A DNA stretch of 32,000 bases from Nostoc punctiforme PCC 73102 (GCF_000020025.1 NC_010628.1:7350001-7382000), one strand, 5' to 3'. Shown: positions 1 through 9,264, counted from the stretch's first letter. Notes: generated by a model not told the origin, from the sequence alone. Numbers and translations are program-made.

Positions 1-1
1 G

Positions 2-268
2 GAAGCTTTAACACCAGAACAACGAAAAAAATTCCCGCCACTTGTACCCGACTTTTTGATTGAACTGCGTTCGGAAACAGACCGGCTGTCACAGATTCAA
101 GAGAAAATGCAGGAATATATCAAAAATGGTCTGCGTTTGGGTTGGCTGATTAATCCTCAAGATCGTCAAGTTGAAATTTACCGACTTTTGAAAGCTGTCG
201 AAGTTGTGCAAATGCCGGCGATTGTTTCTGGAGAGGATATATTACCTGGATTTGAATTGCAATTATAG
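2..268 (+). CDS. Uma2 family (DUF820) putative endonuclease, C-terminal fragment; 5' end lies outside the window
   Basis: The frame is open from base 2. The translation EALTPEQRKKFPPLVPDFLIELRSETD...LRLGWLINPQDRQVEIYR resembles the conserved C-terminal core of cyanobacterial Uma2/DUF820 proteins. Stop TAG at 266-268. Confidence 0.65.
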   Translation, partial: EALTPEQRKKFPPLVPDFLIELRSETDRLSQIQEKMQEYIKNGLRLGWLINPQDRQVEIYRLLKAVEVVQMPAIVSGEDILPGFELQL

Positions 269-307
269 GTTGTCCCAAAAAATATTGCAGTCATTATGTG
301 GTGCGAT

Positions 308-356
308 GGCGTATCCGCCCATCGTAGGCGATGTCTACGACGGGCTACGCCTACGC
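308..356. repeat. Nostoc-type short dispersed repeat (SDR), imperfect palindrome GGCGTATCCGCCCATCGTAG..CTACGACGGGCTACGCC
   Basis: The arms are imperfectly self-complementary. The 29-nt core GCGATGTCTACGACGGGCTACGCCTACGC (328-356) recurs with 2 mismatches inside hmpE (16992-17020). A more diverged copy lies inside the DUF3352-like gene (1944-1967). Confidence 0.7.
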
Positions 357-698
357 TACCGAGCAATGCCAAATAGCTGAAATTCACTTGCAGCTTTGTC
401 CAGTTAGTTATACTCTCTAATTGCTTGGAATCACAGATTTACTTGCGGAAATCTCCCGAATGAGGCATTAATCTTACCGAAACGTCCTACGAAATTCAAC
501 AAACCGTGTTAAAAATGGTAACTGAATCAAAAACACGGCTTTTGAAAGACTAGGGAAGATTGATTACGGAAGTATCATCAACATTTAGGGTGGAAAATTT
601 AATGTAATTAGCTGTCCTAAAGAATGGTTAAACCAGTTGGTGTACTTAACTAATCAAGCAAGTAATAATAAGTTTGCAAGTATAAGGTATAGGTTTCG

Positions 699-2468
699 AT
701 GGCACCGCCTCTTGTGTCTGTTCCAATGAAGAAAAATAAGAAACCCTCTCTGGTGCTGACGCTCTCGGCTGCTGGGCTATTAATTGGTGCAGGGAGTGTT
801 GCATACTGGTTGTTAAGCCAGAGACAAATATCTTCTGGCGATTTGCTCGTAGGTGCAAATATTATTCCTGGTGATGCACTGTTTGCGGTTTCTCTGACAA
901 CAGATCCCCAGCAGTGGCAGAAATTGCGGGAGTTTGGGACAAAAGAAACCCAAGCAGAACTAGACAGAAATTTAGTAGAATTGCGCGATCGCTTTCTCAC
1001 TAATAATGGTTATGACTTCCAGAAAGATATCGCCCCTTGGGTAGGCAATGACGTTACAATCGCAATTCTTGCCCCAGCGACAGCAAGCAAAGCTGTACCC
1101 AAACCAGTTACCACTAATGAAGATGCTGCCAGCGATCAGCAGTCGATGGTAATGGTATTACCAGTAAAAAATCCAGAAATCGCCAAAAACATTTTGGCAC
1201 AACCCAAAACCCTTAAACAAGGTAAATGGATTGACCGTATTTATCAAGGGATCGCCATCAAACAAAGTGAAGGGCAAACAGGGGAAAACTTATCAGCAGC
1301 ATTAATAGATGGGCGTTTTTTAGTCATAACTGATAGTCCCAAAGCCACAGAACGAGCGATCGATGCCTACAAAAATCAAACATCCCTGGCGACAACAGGG
1401 GGCTTTGCTGAGAATTTTCCGAAAATTTCCAATTATCAACGCTTTGGCCAGTTTTACGTCAATGTGCCAACAGCAGCTAAAATAGCCGCAGCTTCTCCAA
1501 ACCGGCCTTTACCCGCTCAAGTTTTAGCTCAACTGCAAAATAACCAAGGTTTAGCAGGGACAATGACTTTAGAGGCAGAAGGAATCCGCTTCAAGGGCGT
1601 TTCTTGGCTAAATCCTAATAGTCAACGCGTGCTGGCGGTGGAAAATAAAGCTGGGAAAATGCAAAGTCGCGTACCAGCAGAAACCTTAATGATGCTTTCG
1701 GGAGGAAACTTACAGAGGTTGTGGGGAGATTACGTTTTAACATCTCAAGGAAATCCCCTCTCACCGATCGCACCAGAACAACTCAAAGGTGGGATAAAAT
1801 CTCTTACCACTCTAGATTTAGATAAGGATTTGCTCAGTTGGATGAAAGGCGAGTTTTCCTTATCAGTGATTCCTAATACTCCCAAAGAAGGTTCACCAAA
1901 TGATTTTCGTGCGGGTTTGGTGTTCATGGTACAGGCCAGCAATGCCTACGGCGGGCAAAGCCTACGCAATTCAGCCGAAGCATCCATAAAACAATTGGAT
2001 GATGTGATGAGAAATCAATACCAATTCCAAGTGCAACCTGCAAAAGTTGCAGGGCAACCTGTTGTCAACTGGGTTTCACCTTATGGTACTTTAACTGCCA
2101 CCCACGGTTGGTTAGATGGAGATGTGGCCTTTTTAGTAGTGGGCGCTCCCATCACTGATAAAATTGTTCCCAAGCCCAACAACACACTAGCTAGCACGAT
2201 CCCATTCCAACAAACAGTTCCTACAGAACCAAATCCAACAAATGGTCAATTTTTTCTGGATGTGGAACGAACTGTGAACAATTTCCCTTTACCAACTCTA
2301 ATTCCCAATCAACAAACTTTGCTAGCTGCAACACGCTCAATTGGGATGACATCTGCTGTCAGCGACAGTCGTAGTAACCTCTACGACATTTTTATAGCAC
2401 TTAAGAAAGTTAGTAATAGGACTCCCTTGCCTAGTCCAGAAAGCAATAAGAACAACTCTACTAGATAG
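699..2468 (+). CDS. DUF3352-like cyanobacterial protein of unknown function with an N-terminal signal anchor
   Basis: 589-aa ORF. The N-terminus MKKNKKPSLVLTLSAAGLLIGAGSVAYWLL forms a hydrophobic anchor. An alternative start is ATG 726. Size and composition fit the ~540-590-aa cyanobacterial DUF3352 family as I recall it. Not verified by search. Confidence 0.5.
   Translation: MAPPLVSVPMKKNKKPSLVLTLSAAGLLIGAGSVAYWLLSQRQISSGDLLVGANIIPGDALFAVSLTTDPQQWQKLREFGTKETQAELDRNLVELRDRFLTNNGYDFQKDIAPWVGNDVTIAILAPATASKAVPKPVTTNEDAASDQQSMVMVLPVKNPEIAKNILAQPKTLKQGKWIDRIYQGIAIKQSEGQTGENLSAALIDGRFLVITDSPKATERAIDAYKNQTSLATTGGFAENFPKISNYQRFGQFYVNVPTAAKIAAASPNRPLPAQVLAQLQNNQGLAGTMTLEAEGIRFKGVSWLNPNSQRVLAVENKAGKMQSRVPAETLMMLSGGNLQRLWGDYVLTSQGNPLSPIAPEQLKGGIKSLTTLDLDKDLLSWMKGEFSLSVIPNTPKEGSPNDFRAGLVFMVQASNAYGGQSLRNSAEASIKQLDDVMRNQYQFQVQPAKVAGQPVVNWVSPYGTLTATHGWLDGDVAFLVVGAPITDKIVPKPNNTLASTIPFQQTVPTEPNPTNGQFFLDVERTVNNFPLPTLIPNQQTLLAATRSIGMTSAVSDSRSNLYDIFIALKKVSNRTPLPSPESNKNNSTR
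1944..1967 (+). repeat. SDR-related segment embedded in frame in the DUF3352-like CDS
   Basis: GCCTACGGCGGGCAAAGCCTACGC resembles the intergenic SDR at 333-356 (about 19 of 23 positions). It is translated as AYGGQSLR. Confidence 0.5.
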
Positions 2469-2617
2469 GAGATTGAAAAATAGTGAGTGGAGAGACAAGG
2501 AGAATAACCGATGCCCAATGCCCTATTTCCAATTTCTCCTGTTTCATAACCCTGTAAGCATATAGGATCAGAACAGTCAGAATCCATATTTTAAATCATC
2601 CACGGAGAGAACACTTT

Positions 2618-3679
2618 ATGAATCTGGTTGTACTCCAGAACTGGCTGGACAATGCCTCCTTTGCCATATTATTCCTAACAATGCTGGTGTATTGGGGAGG
2701 AGCGGCTTTTCCGAATCTGCCTTATCTAGCCGCTTTGGGGACAGCTGGGATGGCGATCGCTAATTTGTGCATGGCGACTCTACTAGGGGCAAGATGGATA
2801 GAAGCTGGTTACTTTCCCCTAAGTAATCTCTATGAATCCCTGTTTTTCTTAACTTGGGGAATTACTACCGTCCATCTAATTGCTGAAAGTAGTAGCCGTA
2901 GCCGCTTAGTAGGAGTTGTTACAGCTCCGGTGGCAATGTTGATCGCTGCTTTTGCGACGATGACATTACCATCCCAGATGCAAGCGTCAGAACCCCTAGT
3001 ACCTGCCTTGAAGTCAAATTGGCTGATGATGCATGTCAGCGTCATGATGTTGAGTTATTCTGCTTTGATGGTGGGTGCGTTATTAGCGATCGCTTTTCTG
3101 ATTGTCACTCGCGGTCAAAACATCCAACTACAAGGTAGTTCTGTCGGTACTGGTGGCTATCGCAGCAATGGCTACCGCTTGCACAAAGCAGCTGAACTAA
3201 TTTCTCAACCACCAGCCCCTTCTGCTGAAAATAACGGCTTTGCTCGTTTTGAAAGTAGTAGCAACGGCAACGGTAACGCTAACACCGCCGTTTTGAATTT
3301 AGTAACTACTTCTGAACCTCAAACAGTAGCATCAGCCGAACCTCTTTCACCTCAGCGCCTTAGCCTTGCCGAAACCCTCGACAACATCAGCTATCGCATC
3401 ATCGGACTCGGATTTCCCTTATTGACAATTGGTATTATTGCCGGTGGCGTTTGGGCTAACGAAGCTTGGGGTTCTTACTGGAGTTGGGACCCTAAAGAAA
3501 CTTGGGCATTAATCACCTGGTTAGTATTCGCCGCCTATCTCCACGCCCGAATCACTCGCGGTTGGCAAGGCCGCCGTCCCGCAATTTTAGCCGCCACTGG
3601 CTTTGTTGTTGTTTGGATTTGCTATCTCGGTGTGAATCTTTTGGGTAAAGGTTTGCATTCTTACGGCTGGTTCTTTTAA
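2618..3679 (+). CDS. ccsA: Cytochrome c biogenesis protein CcsA (System II heme handling)
   Basis: 353-aa polytopic membrane protein carrying the Trp-rich WWD-type motif [30 protein letters not shown] lies upstream of ATG 2618. Confidence 0.9.
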   Translation: MNLVVLQNWLDNASFAILFLTMLVYWGGAAFPNLPYLAALGTAGMAIANLCMATLLGARWIEAGYFPLSNLYESLFFLTWGITTVHLIAESSSRSRLVGVVTAPVAMLIAAFATMTLPSQMQASEPLVPALKSNWLMMHVSVMMLSYSALMVGALLAIAFLIVTRGQNIQLQGSSVGTGGYRSNGYRLHKAAELISQPPAPSAENNGFARFESSSNGNGNANTAVLNLVTTSEPQTVASAEPLSPQRLSLAETLDNISYRIIGLGFPLLTIGIIAGGVWANEAWGSYWSWDPKETWALITWLVFAAYLHARITRGWQGRRPAILAATGFVVVWICYLGVNLLGKGLHSYGWFF

Positions 3680-3694
3680 TAACCTCACCTCTAA

Positions 3695-3716
3695 CCCTCT
3701 CCAACAACGGAGAGGG
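3695..3716 (+). terminator. Stem-loop downstream of ccsA (CCCTCTCC-AACAAC-GGAGAGGG)
   Basis: Perfect 8-bp GC-rich stem with a 6-nt loop, 16 nt after the ccsA stop. There is no clear U-tract, so terminator function is uncertain. Confidence 0.4.
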
Positions 3717-3815
3717 AGAAAGAAGGAGATTTAAATTTACTATTATCTCTTGGGAATTATTTCGGATGAACTGTTATATCACTAGAAAATATAGATTTAG
3801 TGATAGGACATTTTT

Positions 3816-4124
3816 ATGGAAGATGGATTTGAGAGACTTAATCACGATGAAGTTGTGTCTATAGAACCAGACACTTTTAATAAATTAGATATTGCTAAAA
3901 CTTTTAAAGTCCGTGATTTGATTACCGCAATTAAGGAATATATTGGAGCAGAGGAGACAGATGAAGTAAATTTGTATACTCAAGGATTAAATTGCGAAGT
4001 TTTGCAATTTAGTACTCAAGGATGGAAGAAAGGAAAAGTTAGACTTGCTTTAGAATTTTGTCCTGATGAATCAGAATCACCCCTTGATGAGATTTTTCAA
4101 AAGCTCAAACAAGTAGAAAAATAA
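3816..4124 (+). CDS. KGK-domain protein (cyanobacteria-restricted family, unknown function)
   Basis: 102 aa. The C-terminal block is GWKKGKVRLALEFCPDESESPLDEIFQKLKQ, with the KGK motif. It is a paralog of the next gene. Confidence 0.65.
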   Translation: MEDGFERLNHDEVVSIEPDTFNKLDIAKTFKVRDLITAIKEYIGAEETDEVNLYTQGLNCEVLQFSTQGWKKGKVRLALEFCPDESESPLDEIFQKLKQVEK

Positions 4125-4127
4125 AAT

Positions 4128-4164
4128 TATTTGTAATTGATAATTTAATTATCAATTACAAATA
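4128..4164. repeat. Perfect 37-bp AT-rich palindrome (18-bp arms around a single central T)
   Basis: TATTTGTAATTGATAATT-T-AATTATCAATTACAAATA, starting 4 nt after the first KGK stop codon. It could be a hairpin terminator or a dimeric protein operator. Confidence 0.8.
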
Positions 4165-4412
4165 GTTATAAGTCCTTTTTTAGAAGATGAACAATATGGT
4201 TCAGACTCCAGTTAAAAAATTAACTATTGCTTGAAAACCAATACTAAGTCCAAAAATTTACGCGCAATGACCGAATTATCTGTACGAATTTCCCCGAACT
4301 AGAACTAGCTCTTAAAGAAGTTGTAGCTGCAAGCCAAATTCCAAAACTATGAGGATTTATAATTAATTTGTCTCTCCTGGGAACTATAGATTTAGTTACA
4401 GGAGCAAGATTT

Positions 4413-4766
4413 ATGAATAATGAATGGGAACCTCTAAATCCTGAAAAAGATGTTGTGCATTTTCACCAAGAAGTGTTTGAAAATTTACCCCGCACTCAAA
4501 TAGTCTTTCAGCTTTTAAAGGAAGTAAAAAAAATTTGGGAAAAACACTGTACCTCATCAGGTTCAAGAGTATTTGACGAAGGATTTGAATGTTATGTTTT
4601 AATACCTGGTAAACAATGGCGGACAGGTAAAATTAGAATCCGCCTAGAATTTTGCCCTGATGAAGCTGAAATTGAAGAAAAACAAGAAAATAATGGCTTA
4701 GATATCAATACAGAAAGTTCTCCGCTCGATTACCTTCGGCAGCAACTCAAGGAAGGTGAAAATTAA
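4413..4766 (+). CDS. KGK-domain protein, tandem paralog
   Basis: The C-terminal block WRTGKIRIRLEFCPDEAEIEE...SPLDYLRQQLKE aligns with the upstream paralog. The ORF-track start is TTG 4368, but ATG 4413 is preferred. ATG 4413 sits 28 nt after the leader motif TATAGATTTAGT and follows AGGA, matching the first paralog's geometry (26 nt). Confidence 0.6.
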   Translation: MNNEWEPLNPEKDVVHFHQEVFENLPRTQIVFQLLKEVKKIWEKHCTSSGSRVFDEGFECYVLIPGKQWRTGKIRIRLEFCPDEAEIEEKQENNGLDINTESSPLDYLRQQLKEGEN

Positions 4767-4814
4767 TACCCAAATCGTAATTGTCGATGTACATGATATA
4801 AGAGACAATTATCT

Positions 4815-5837
4815 GTGTCCGTCGGCGCTAAAAAATCCAAAATGGTATGGACTCCTCTACACGCAAAAATACATCGCACCATCCGATCGCGCCACTTATT
4901 TGAGCGCAACCAGCGACTATTAATCGCTGTCTCCGGCGGACAAGATTCTTTGTGTTTAATAAAATTACTTTTAGATTTAAAATCCAAATGGGGATGGGAT
5001 TTAGGTATTGCTCACTGCGATCACCGTTGGCGTTCTGACTCCCAAGCTAATGCTAATCATGTTGAAAACTTAGCTGAAACTTGGGGTATATCTTTTTATT
5101 TAGAAACAGCGAACGAACCTATAAATAGTGAGGCTGCTGCACGCGATTGGCGCTATCAAGCTTTAAGTGCGATCGCCCAAGCAAATAATTATCAGTATAT
5201 AGTTACAGGACACACCGCCAGCGATCGCGCCGAAACTCTCCTCTACAACTTAATTCGGGGTACTGGTGCTGATGGTTTACAAGCCCTGACTTGGCAACGC
5301 CCTCTGACTACAGGCATTATGCTAGTGCGCCCACTTTTAGAAGTTACTCGAATACAAACAGAGCAATTTTGTCAAGAGTTTAAATTGCCAATTTGGGAAG
5401 ATTCCACCAATCAAGATTTGCAATATGCCCGCAACCGTATTCGCCAAGAGTTAATACCATATTTACGGGAAAATTTCAATCCCCAAGTAGAATCAGCCTT
5501 AGCTCAAACAGCAGAACTTCTCCAAGCAGAAGTAGAATATCTCGAAAAAGCTGCCCAGCAGTTGCGGGAAAAGGCGTTGGGTATAGGGGATGAAGAAGAT
5601 TCCCTTATTCCTCTTCTTCCCTTACGGTTAAATCGTCGGGTATTGCAGAAAGCACCATTGGCACTGCAACGTCGCGTGATGCGTCAGGTTTTGCAGCAAA
5701 TACTTACTGATGCAGCAAGTTTTGAACATATTGAGAAATTAACAGCTTTAATTACAGCGCCAAACCGATCGCAAACCGATCCATTTCCTGGTGGTGCGAT
5801 CGCTCAAGTAGAAGGCGACTGGATTTATTTAAAATAG
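4815..5837 (+). CDS. tilS: tRNA(Ile)-lysidine synthetase TilS
   Basis: PP-loop motif LIAVSGGQDSLCL (SGGxDS). The length of ~330-340 aa fits. Alternative start at ATG 4842 (MVWTPLHAK...). Confidence 0.85.
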   Translation: MSVGAKKSKMVWTPLHAKIHRTIRSRHLFERNQRLLIAVSGGQDSLCLIKLLLDLKSKWGWDLGIAHCDHRWRSDSQANANHVENLAETWGISFYLETANEPINSEAAARDWRYQALSAIAQANNYQYIVTGHTASDRAETLLYNLIRGTGADGLQALTWQRPLTTGIMLVRPLLEVTRIQTEQFCQEFKLPIWEDSTNQDLQYARNRIRQELIPYLRENFNPQVESALAQTAELLQAEVEYLEKAAQQLREKALGIGDEEDSLIPLLPLRLNRRVLQKAPLALQRRVMRQVLQQILTDAASFEHIEKLTALITAPNRSQTDPFPGGAIAQVEGDWIYLK

Positions 5838-5895
5838 TTAGGAGTTAAAAGTTATGAGTTAAAAATCTTTAATTCATCACTCCTAACTCCTAACT
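5836..5895. terminator. Heptamer-repeat-derived inverted repeat between convergent tilS and hmpF; likely bidirectional terminator
   Basis: AGTTAGGAGTT (5836-5846, overlapping the tilS stop) is the perfect reverse complement of AACTCCTAACT (5885-5895, 2 nt from the hmpF stop). It belongs to the same AGTTAGG heptamer family as the arrays at 13339-13425. Confidence 0.55.
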
Positions 5896-5897
5896 TA

Positions 5898-7682
5898 TTA
5901 AGACGCTAATAATTCTGGCTGAGGCATTAAACCTTGGAGGGTATGACGCATCTGTGCGATCGCTTGCACTTGATGATCGCCAGTTTCCTGGAATTTATCC
6001 AAAGATTCTGCAATTCCTTGCAGCTTTTGCCGTAAGCCATCAAGAGAATCCTGAATTGGTTGTAGTGCTTCTTGATAAAGATTCACTCGACCACAACATT
6101 CAGCAGTTGTTCTTCGCAGGGACAACAAATTTTCTTCGATCGCTTTCAGCTCTTGACGTTTTTCATCCAAATCATGGGTTTGATTATCAATCATTCCCTG
6201 ATTTAGCTCAACACCAGAACGGATTTGATCGATTTCACGTTCTAGCTTTTGGATTTCCTGAGAATACTGTTGTCGCTGGGTTTCAATTTGTAACAGAACC
6301 GGTTCTAAATTGACTTTATTACCCTCTTCTTCCTCAACAACAGTATGTCCCTGTCGCCGTAGCAATACAGCTTGGTGTTGCTTGAGAAACTTCTGATGCT
6401 GTAACATATTGCGGCGTTGTCCCACCAAACTGGAGTTTAGCATCTGATAGAGGTCTTTTTCATCTGTTAATTCCAGTTCCAAATTGATGTGATCCTGGTC
6501 AGATGCTTGGCTTAATTTATTTTCCAGCTCTTCTATAGCTTCTTGTTTATATTCCAGTTCTTGTTCCTGATCGTGAACAAAGGTAGCATCTATTTCCAGT
6601 TTATGCTGCAAGTCTTGGACTATCTTTTGTAGTTCTTCTAAAGGCATTTTATCCAAAGCTTCTACATTCGCTTGCTGGCCGAGAACTACATCACCAGACG
6701 TTGCAGCTATAGAGTGAATTTGTTGATATAACTCTTCAGCGTTTCGTAACTGCTCTTTGATTATCCGGGCATACTCTTGCTTGCTAGTCAGATCAGCTGT
6801 ATTTATTTGCAACTGGGCTGTTTGCTGAACTAGAGTATTCTGTGCTTCTTGCAATGCATTTTGGCGATCGCTAAATGTTTGTGACAACCGCTCCACTTCT
6901 TCTTGCTGTTGTACGATCGCTGTTTTTTGTTCTTCTAGTTTTTGCCAGTGCGGGGTAAGAGTTGCTTGCTGCTTTTCTACCAATTCAAAAGCCTTATGCA
7001 GGTGTTCTCTGACTGTTTCTGTGGGAGCTACGCGATTAGATAAGCGATCGAGTAACTCACTCATTACCCGACTTTGCTCTTCATCCAAAACTGTTCCCTG
7101 CTGGAAATCCGCTTGATGTTCCTCTAGACGGCGCTGCTCACCTCGCAAATGTTCCCAAGCGCCTTCCAATTCTAGGCGGTTGCGTTCAACTTCTGTTTTT
7201 AACCGTTCAATTTCCTGGCGGGATGTGTCAACTTCCTGTTTTTGCTGCTCCAGTTGTTGCAACTCATCCTCCATATTGTGCAACTGTTCAGAGCGTACTT
7301 CCATATCCATTTCACGGCGATTCAATTCTTGCGCCTGAAACGTTAACGACTGTTTCCACTGATCGATTTCATCTTCCTTGAGCTTAAATTTCTCCAATTG
7401 GCGGGAAAAATTCTGCAAAATGTTGACTAGTGGCCGCCCTGCTTCTTGAATCCGTTGTACTTGACGATTTGGATTCAGTTCAACCAGTACTAAAGCACCA
7501 TCATTTAATTTGCTTGCGTCCTCAGCCGCAATCACTTCTTCTGACACAGTATTCCAATTCTGGTCAGTTCGCTGACAAGCTAGCAGTTTCAATTCGGTTT
7601 TGCCACCGCCACTGAGTAAACCACCTTTCTGTTTTTGTACTTCTGCTAAATACAGCACACCGTTAGTCCTTTCTTGATGCAC
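5898..7682 (-). CDS. hmpF: HmpF-like coiled-coil protein of the hormogonium motility (hmp) locus
   Basis: ~590 aa, with an N-terminal segment ..LYLAEVQKQKGGLLSGGGKTELKLLACQR.. followed by ~450 aa of Q/E/L/R-rich coiled coil. It is encoded divergently, 385 bp from the PatA-type regulator, which is the hmpF position in the Nostoc punctiforme hmp locus. The ORF-track start is GTG 7682. An in-frame GTG at 7658, preceded by GAAAGGA (7673-7667), may be the real start. Confidence 0.7.
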   Translation of the reverse strand: MHQERTNGVLYLAEVQKQKGGLLSGGGKTELKLLACQRTDQNWNTVSEEVIAAEDASKLNDGALVLVELNPNRQVQRIQEAGRPLVNILQNFSRQLEKFKLKEDEIDQWKQSLTFQAQELNRREMDMEVRSEQLHNMEDELQQLEQQKQEVDTSRQEIERLKTEVERNRLELEGAWEHLRGEQRRLEEHQADFQQGTVLDEEQSRVMSELLDRLSNRVAPTETVREHLHKAFELVEKQQATLTPHWQKLEEQKTAIVQQQEEVERLSQTFSDRQNALQEAQNTLVQQTAQLQINTADLTSKQEYARIIKEQLRNAEELYQQIHSIAATSGDVVLGQQANVEALDKMPLEELQKIVQDLQHKLEIDATFVHDQEQELEYKQEAIEELENKLSQASDQDHINLELELTDEKDLYQMLNSSLVGQRRNMLQHQKFLKQHQAVLLRRQGHTVVEEEEGNKVNLEPVLLQIETQRQQYSQEIQKLEREIDQIRSGVELNQGMIDNQTHDLDEKRQELKAIEENLLSLRRTTAECCGRVNLYQEALQPIQDSLDGLRQKLQGIAESLDKFQETGDHQVQAIAQMRHTLQGLMPQPELLAS

Positions 7683-8067
7683 TTAAAGTTCGTGTTTTGA
7701 GATATACCTTAAATAATTCTGTTAACTTGTCTCCCTGAAACCAGGTTTAGGAAAACAAGACAGACAAAACTATAGACGCAATATATTACGCCTTGATATT
7801 TATAAAAGCGATTTAGTCACGCCTTTATATTTTGTACTGATGACAGTGACGATGACTTCCGTGTTAACACTAGCTTTGTCAAAGTGTATTACGAAAGATT
7901 AAGCTTTATAGCTGAATTTATTCCCTAATGCCAACAAGGAGAAGGGTAAAAATCTTGCCAATACTCCATAATCAATACTTAAACTACCTGCTCTAAAAAT
8001 AGAAAAATTGCAGGACACAATTCAAAAATAATATTTAACGGCATGACAAGGAGTACTTTTTAGGTAA
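7683..8067. promoter_or_regulatory. Divergent hmpF/hmpA intergenic control region
   Basis: 385 bp of AT-rich non-coding DNA between two divergent starts must hold both promoters. I could not assign convincing -35/-10 boxes. Confidence 0.4.
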
Positions 8068-9264
8068 ATGCAGGGAAATTTAAGTGAAATTGATATTTGC
8101 AGTATCCTGCAATTGATTGCGTTGGGACAGCGAACTGGGCAACTATGGGTAGAAGCTCATAGCTCTCACCATAACAACAAGCTCAGTGGAGAGGGAGCAA
8201 ACATTTATCGCCCCAAACAACAGTCTTGGTTCGTCTTTTTCCTCAATGGTCAAATAATCTATTGCCGAGAAGGTGAGAGTAATTTATCCAGAATTAACGA
8301 TTATTTACGTCATTATCGAGTCGAGATGCGACTCACCAACAAACAGATTGCCTCTCTACCATCAACCGACTCACCAGAGTATGCCTATCTGTGGGCACTT
8401 TTGGAGCGGAATATTATCAACCCCAAGATAGCTGGTAGTATCATTCACGGCTTGGTGCATGAAACTCTCTTTGATTTGCTGAGTTTACACCAAGGGAACT
8501 TCATTTTCCATCAGGGTGCGGCACTTGCCCCACAATTAAACACTTTCGAGATAGCTCCATTTGTTACAAAAATTACGAAGCAGGTGCAAGAGTGGAAGGA
8601 ACTCTATCCGCACATTCAGTCTCCCGAACAATTGCCAGTGCTATCTGACAAAGTTCAGCTACAATCATCGCTACCAGAAGCAACTCTAGAGAAATTACAA
8701 CACTGGGCTGATGGTAAAACATCCTTGCGTCAACTGGCTCGCTATCTCAATCGAGACATTTTGACAGTTGCTAAGGCAATATATCCATACGTGCAACAGA
8801 GTTGGCTACAACTAGTATATTCAGCCACAACTAAACCAGATACCCACAATGACAACTGGGAATTGAAGGGAAAACACAGGGGGCGGATAGTATGTATTGA
8901 CGATGCGATCGCCATCGGTGAGACTATAAATTCGATCTTACAACCACAAGGCTATGAAGCGATCGCTCTCACCAATCCCTTAGAAGCACTGAGTCTGGTT
9001 TTTCAACTCAAACCGGATTTAATTTTGTGCGATATAGCCATGTTGGAATTGGAAGGGTACGAGGTTTGCGCCATGTTGCGACATTCCACAGCATTTCGGC
9101 TCACACCGATTATTATGCTTACTGGTAAAGATGGATTTATCGATCGAGTCAAAGCTAGTATGGTCGGGGCAACAGATTATTTAACAAAACCATTTACAGA
9201 CACTGAATTACTCATGATTGTAGAGAAATATCTCAAAATAGAATTCTATGAAAATGGGGAGTAG
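8068..9264 (+). CDS. hmpA: PatA-type response regulator (PATAN/DUF4388 N-domain + C-terminal receiver), HmpA/PilG-like
   Basis: The N-terminus LSEIDICSILQLIALGQRTGQLWVE is typical of the PATAN/DUF4388 domain. The C-terminal REC reads RIVCIDDA...PDLILCDIAM...IMLTGKDG...YLTKPF. Confidence 0.85.
   Translation: MQGNLSEIDICSILQLIALGQRTGQLWVEAHSSHHNNKLSGEGANIYRPKQQSWFVFFLNGQIIYCREGESNLSRINDYLRHYRVEMRLTNKQIASLPSTDSPEYAYLWALLERNIINPKIAGSIIHGLVHETLFDLLSLHQGNFIFHQGAALAPQLNTFEIAPFVTKITKQVQEWKELYPHIQSPEQLPVLSDKVQLQSSLPEATLEKLQHWADGKTSLRQLARYLNRDILTVAKAIYPYVQQSWLQLVYSATTKPDTHNDNWELKGKHRGRIVCIDDAIAIGETINSILQPQGYEAIALTNPLEALSLVFQLKPDLILCDIAMLELEGYEVCAMLRHSTAFRLTPIIMLTGKDGFIDRVKASMVGATDYLTKPFTDTELLMIVEKYLKIEFYENGE

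Noticed and set aside
178-387. 69-aa minus-strand ORF
   Set aside because: It overlaps the 3' end of the Uma2 gene and reads through the palindromic SDR, giving the repeat-derived peptide ..RRRHRLRWAD... It is an artefact of the repeat.
646-1000. Two overlapping minus-strand ORFs (646-858 and 650-1000)
   Set aside because: They lie antisense to the 5' end of the DUF3352-like gene. Neither has family features or an RBS.
5393-5593. 66-aa plus-strand ORF inside tilS, and 119-aa and 61-aa plus-strand ORFs (5954-6313 and 7430-7615) inside hmpF
   Set aside because: They are alternate-frame or antisense ORFs within longer, better-supported genes.
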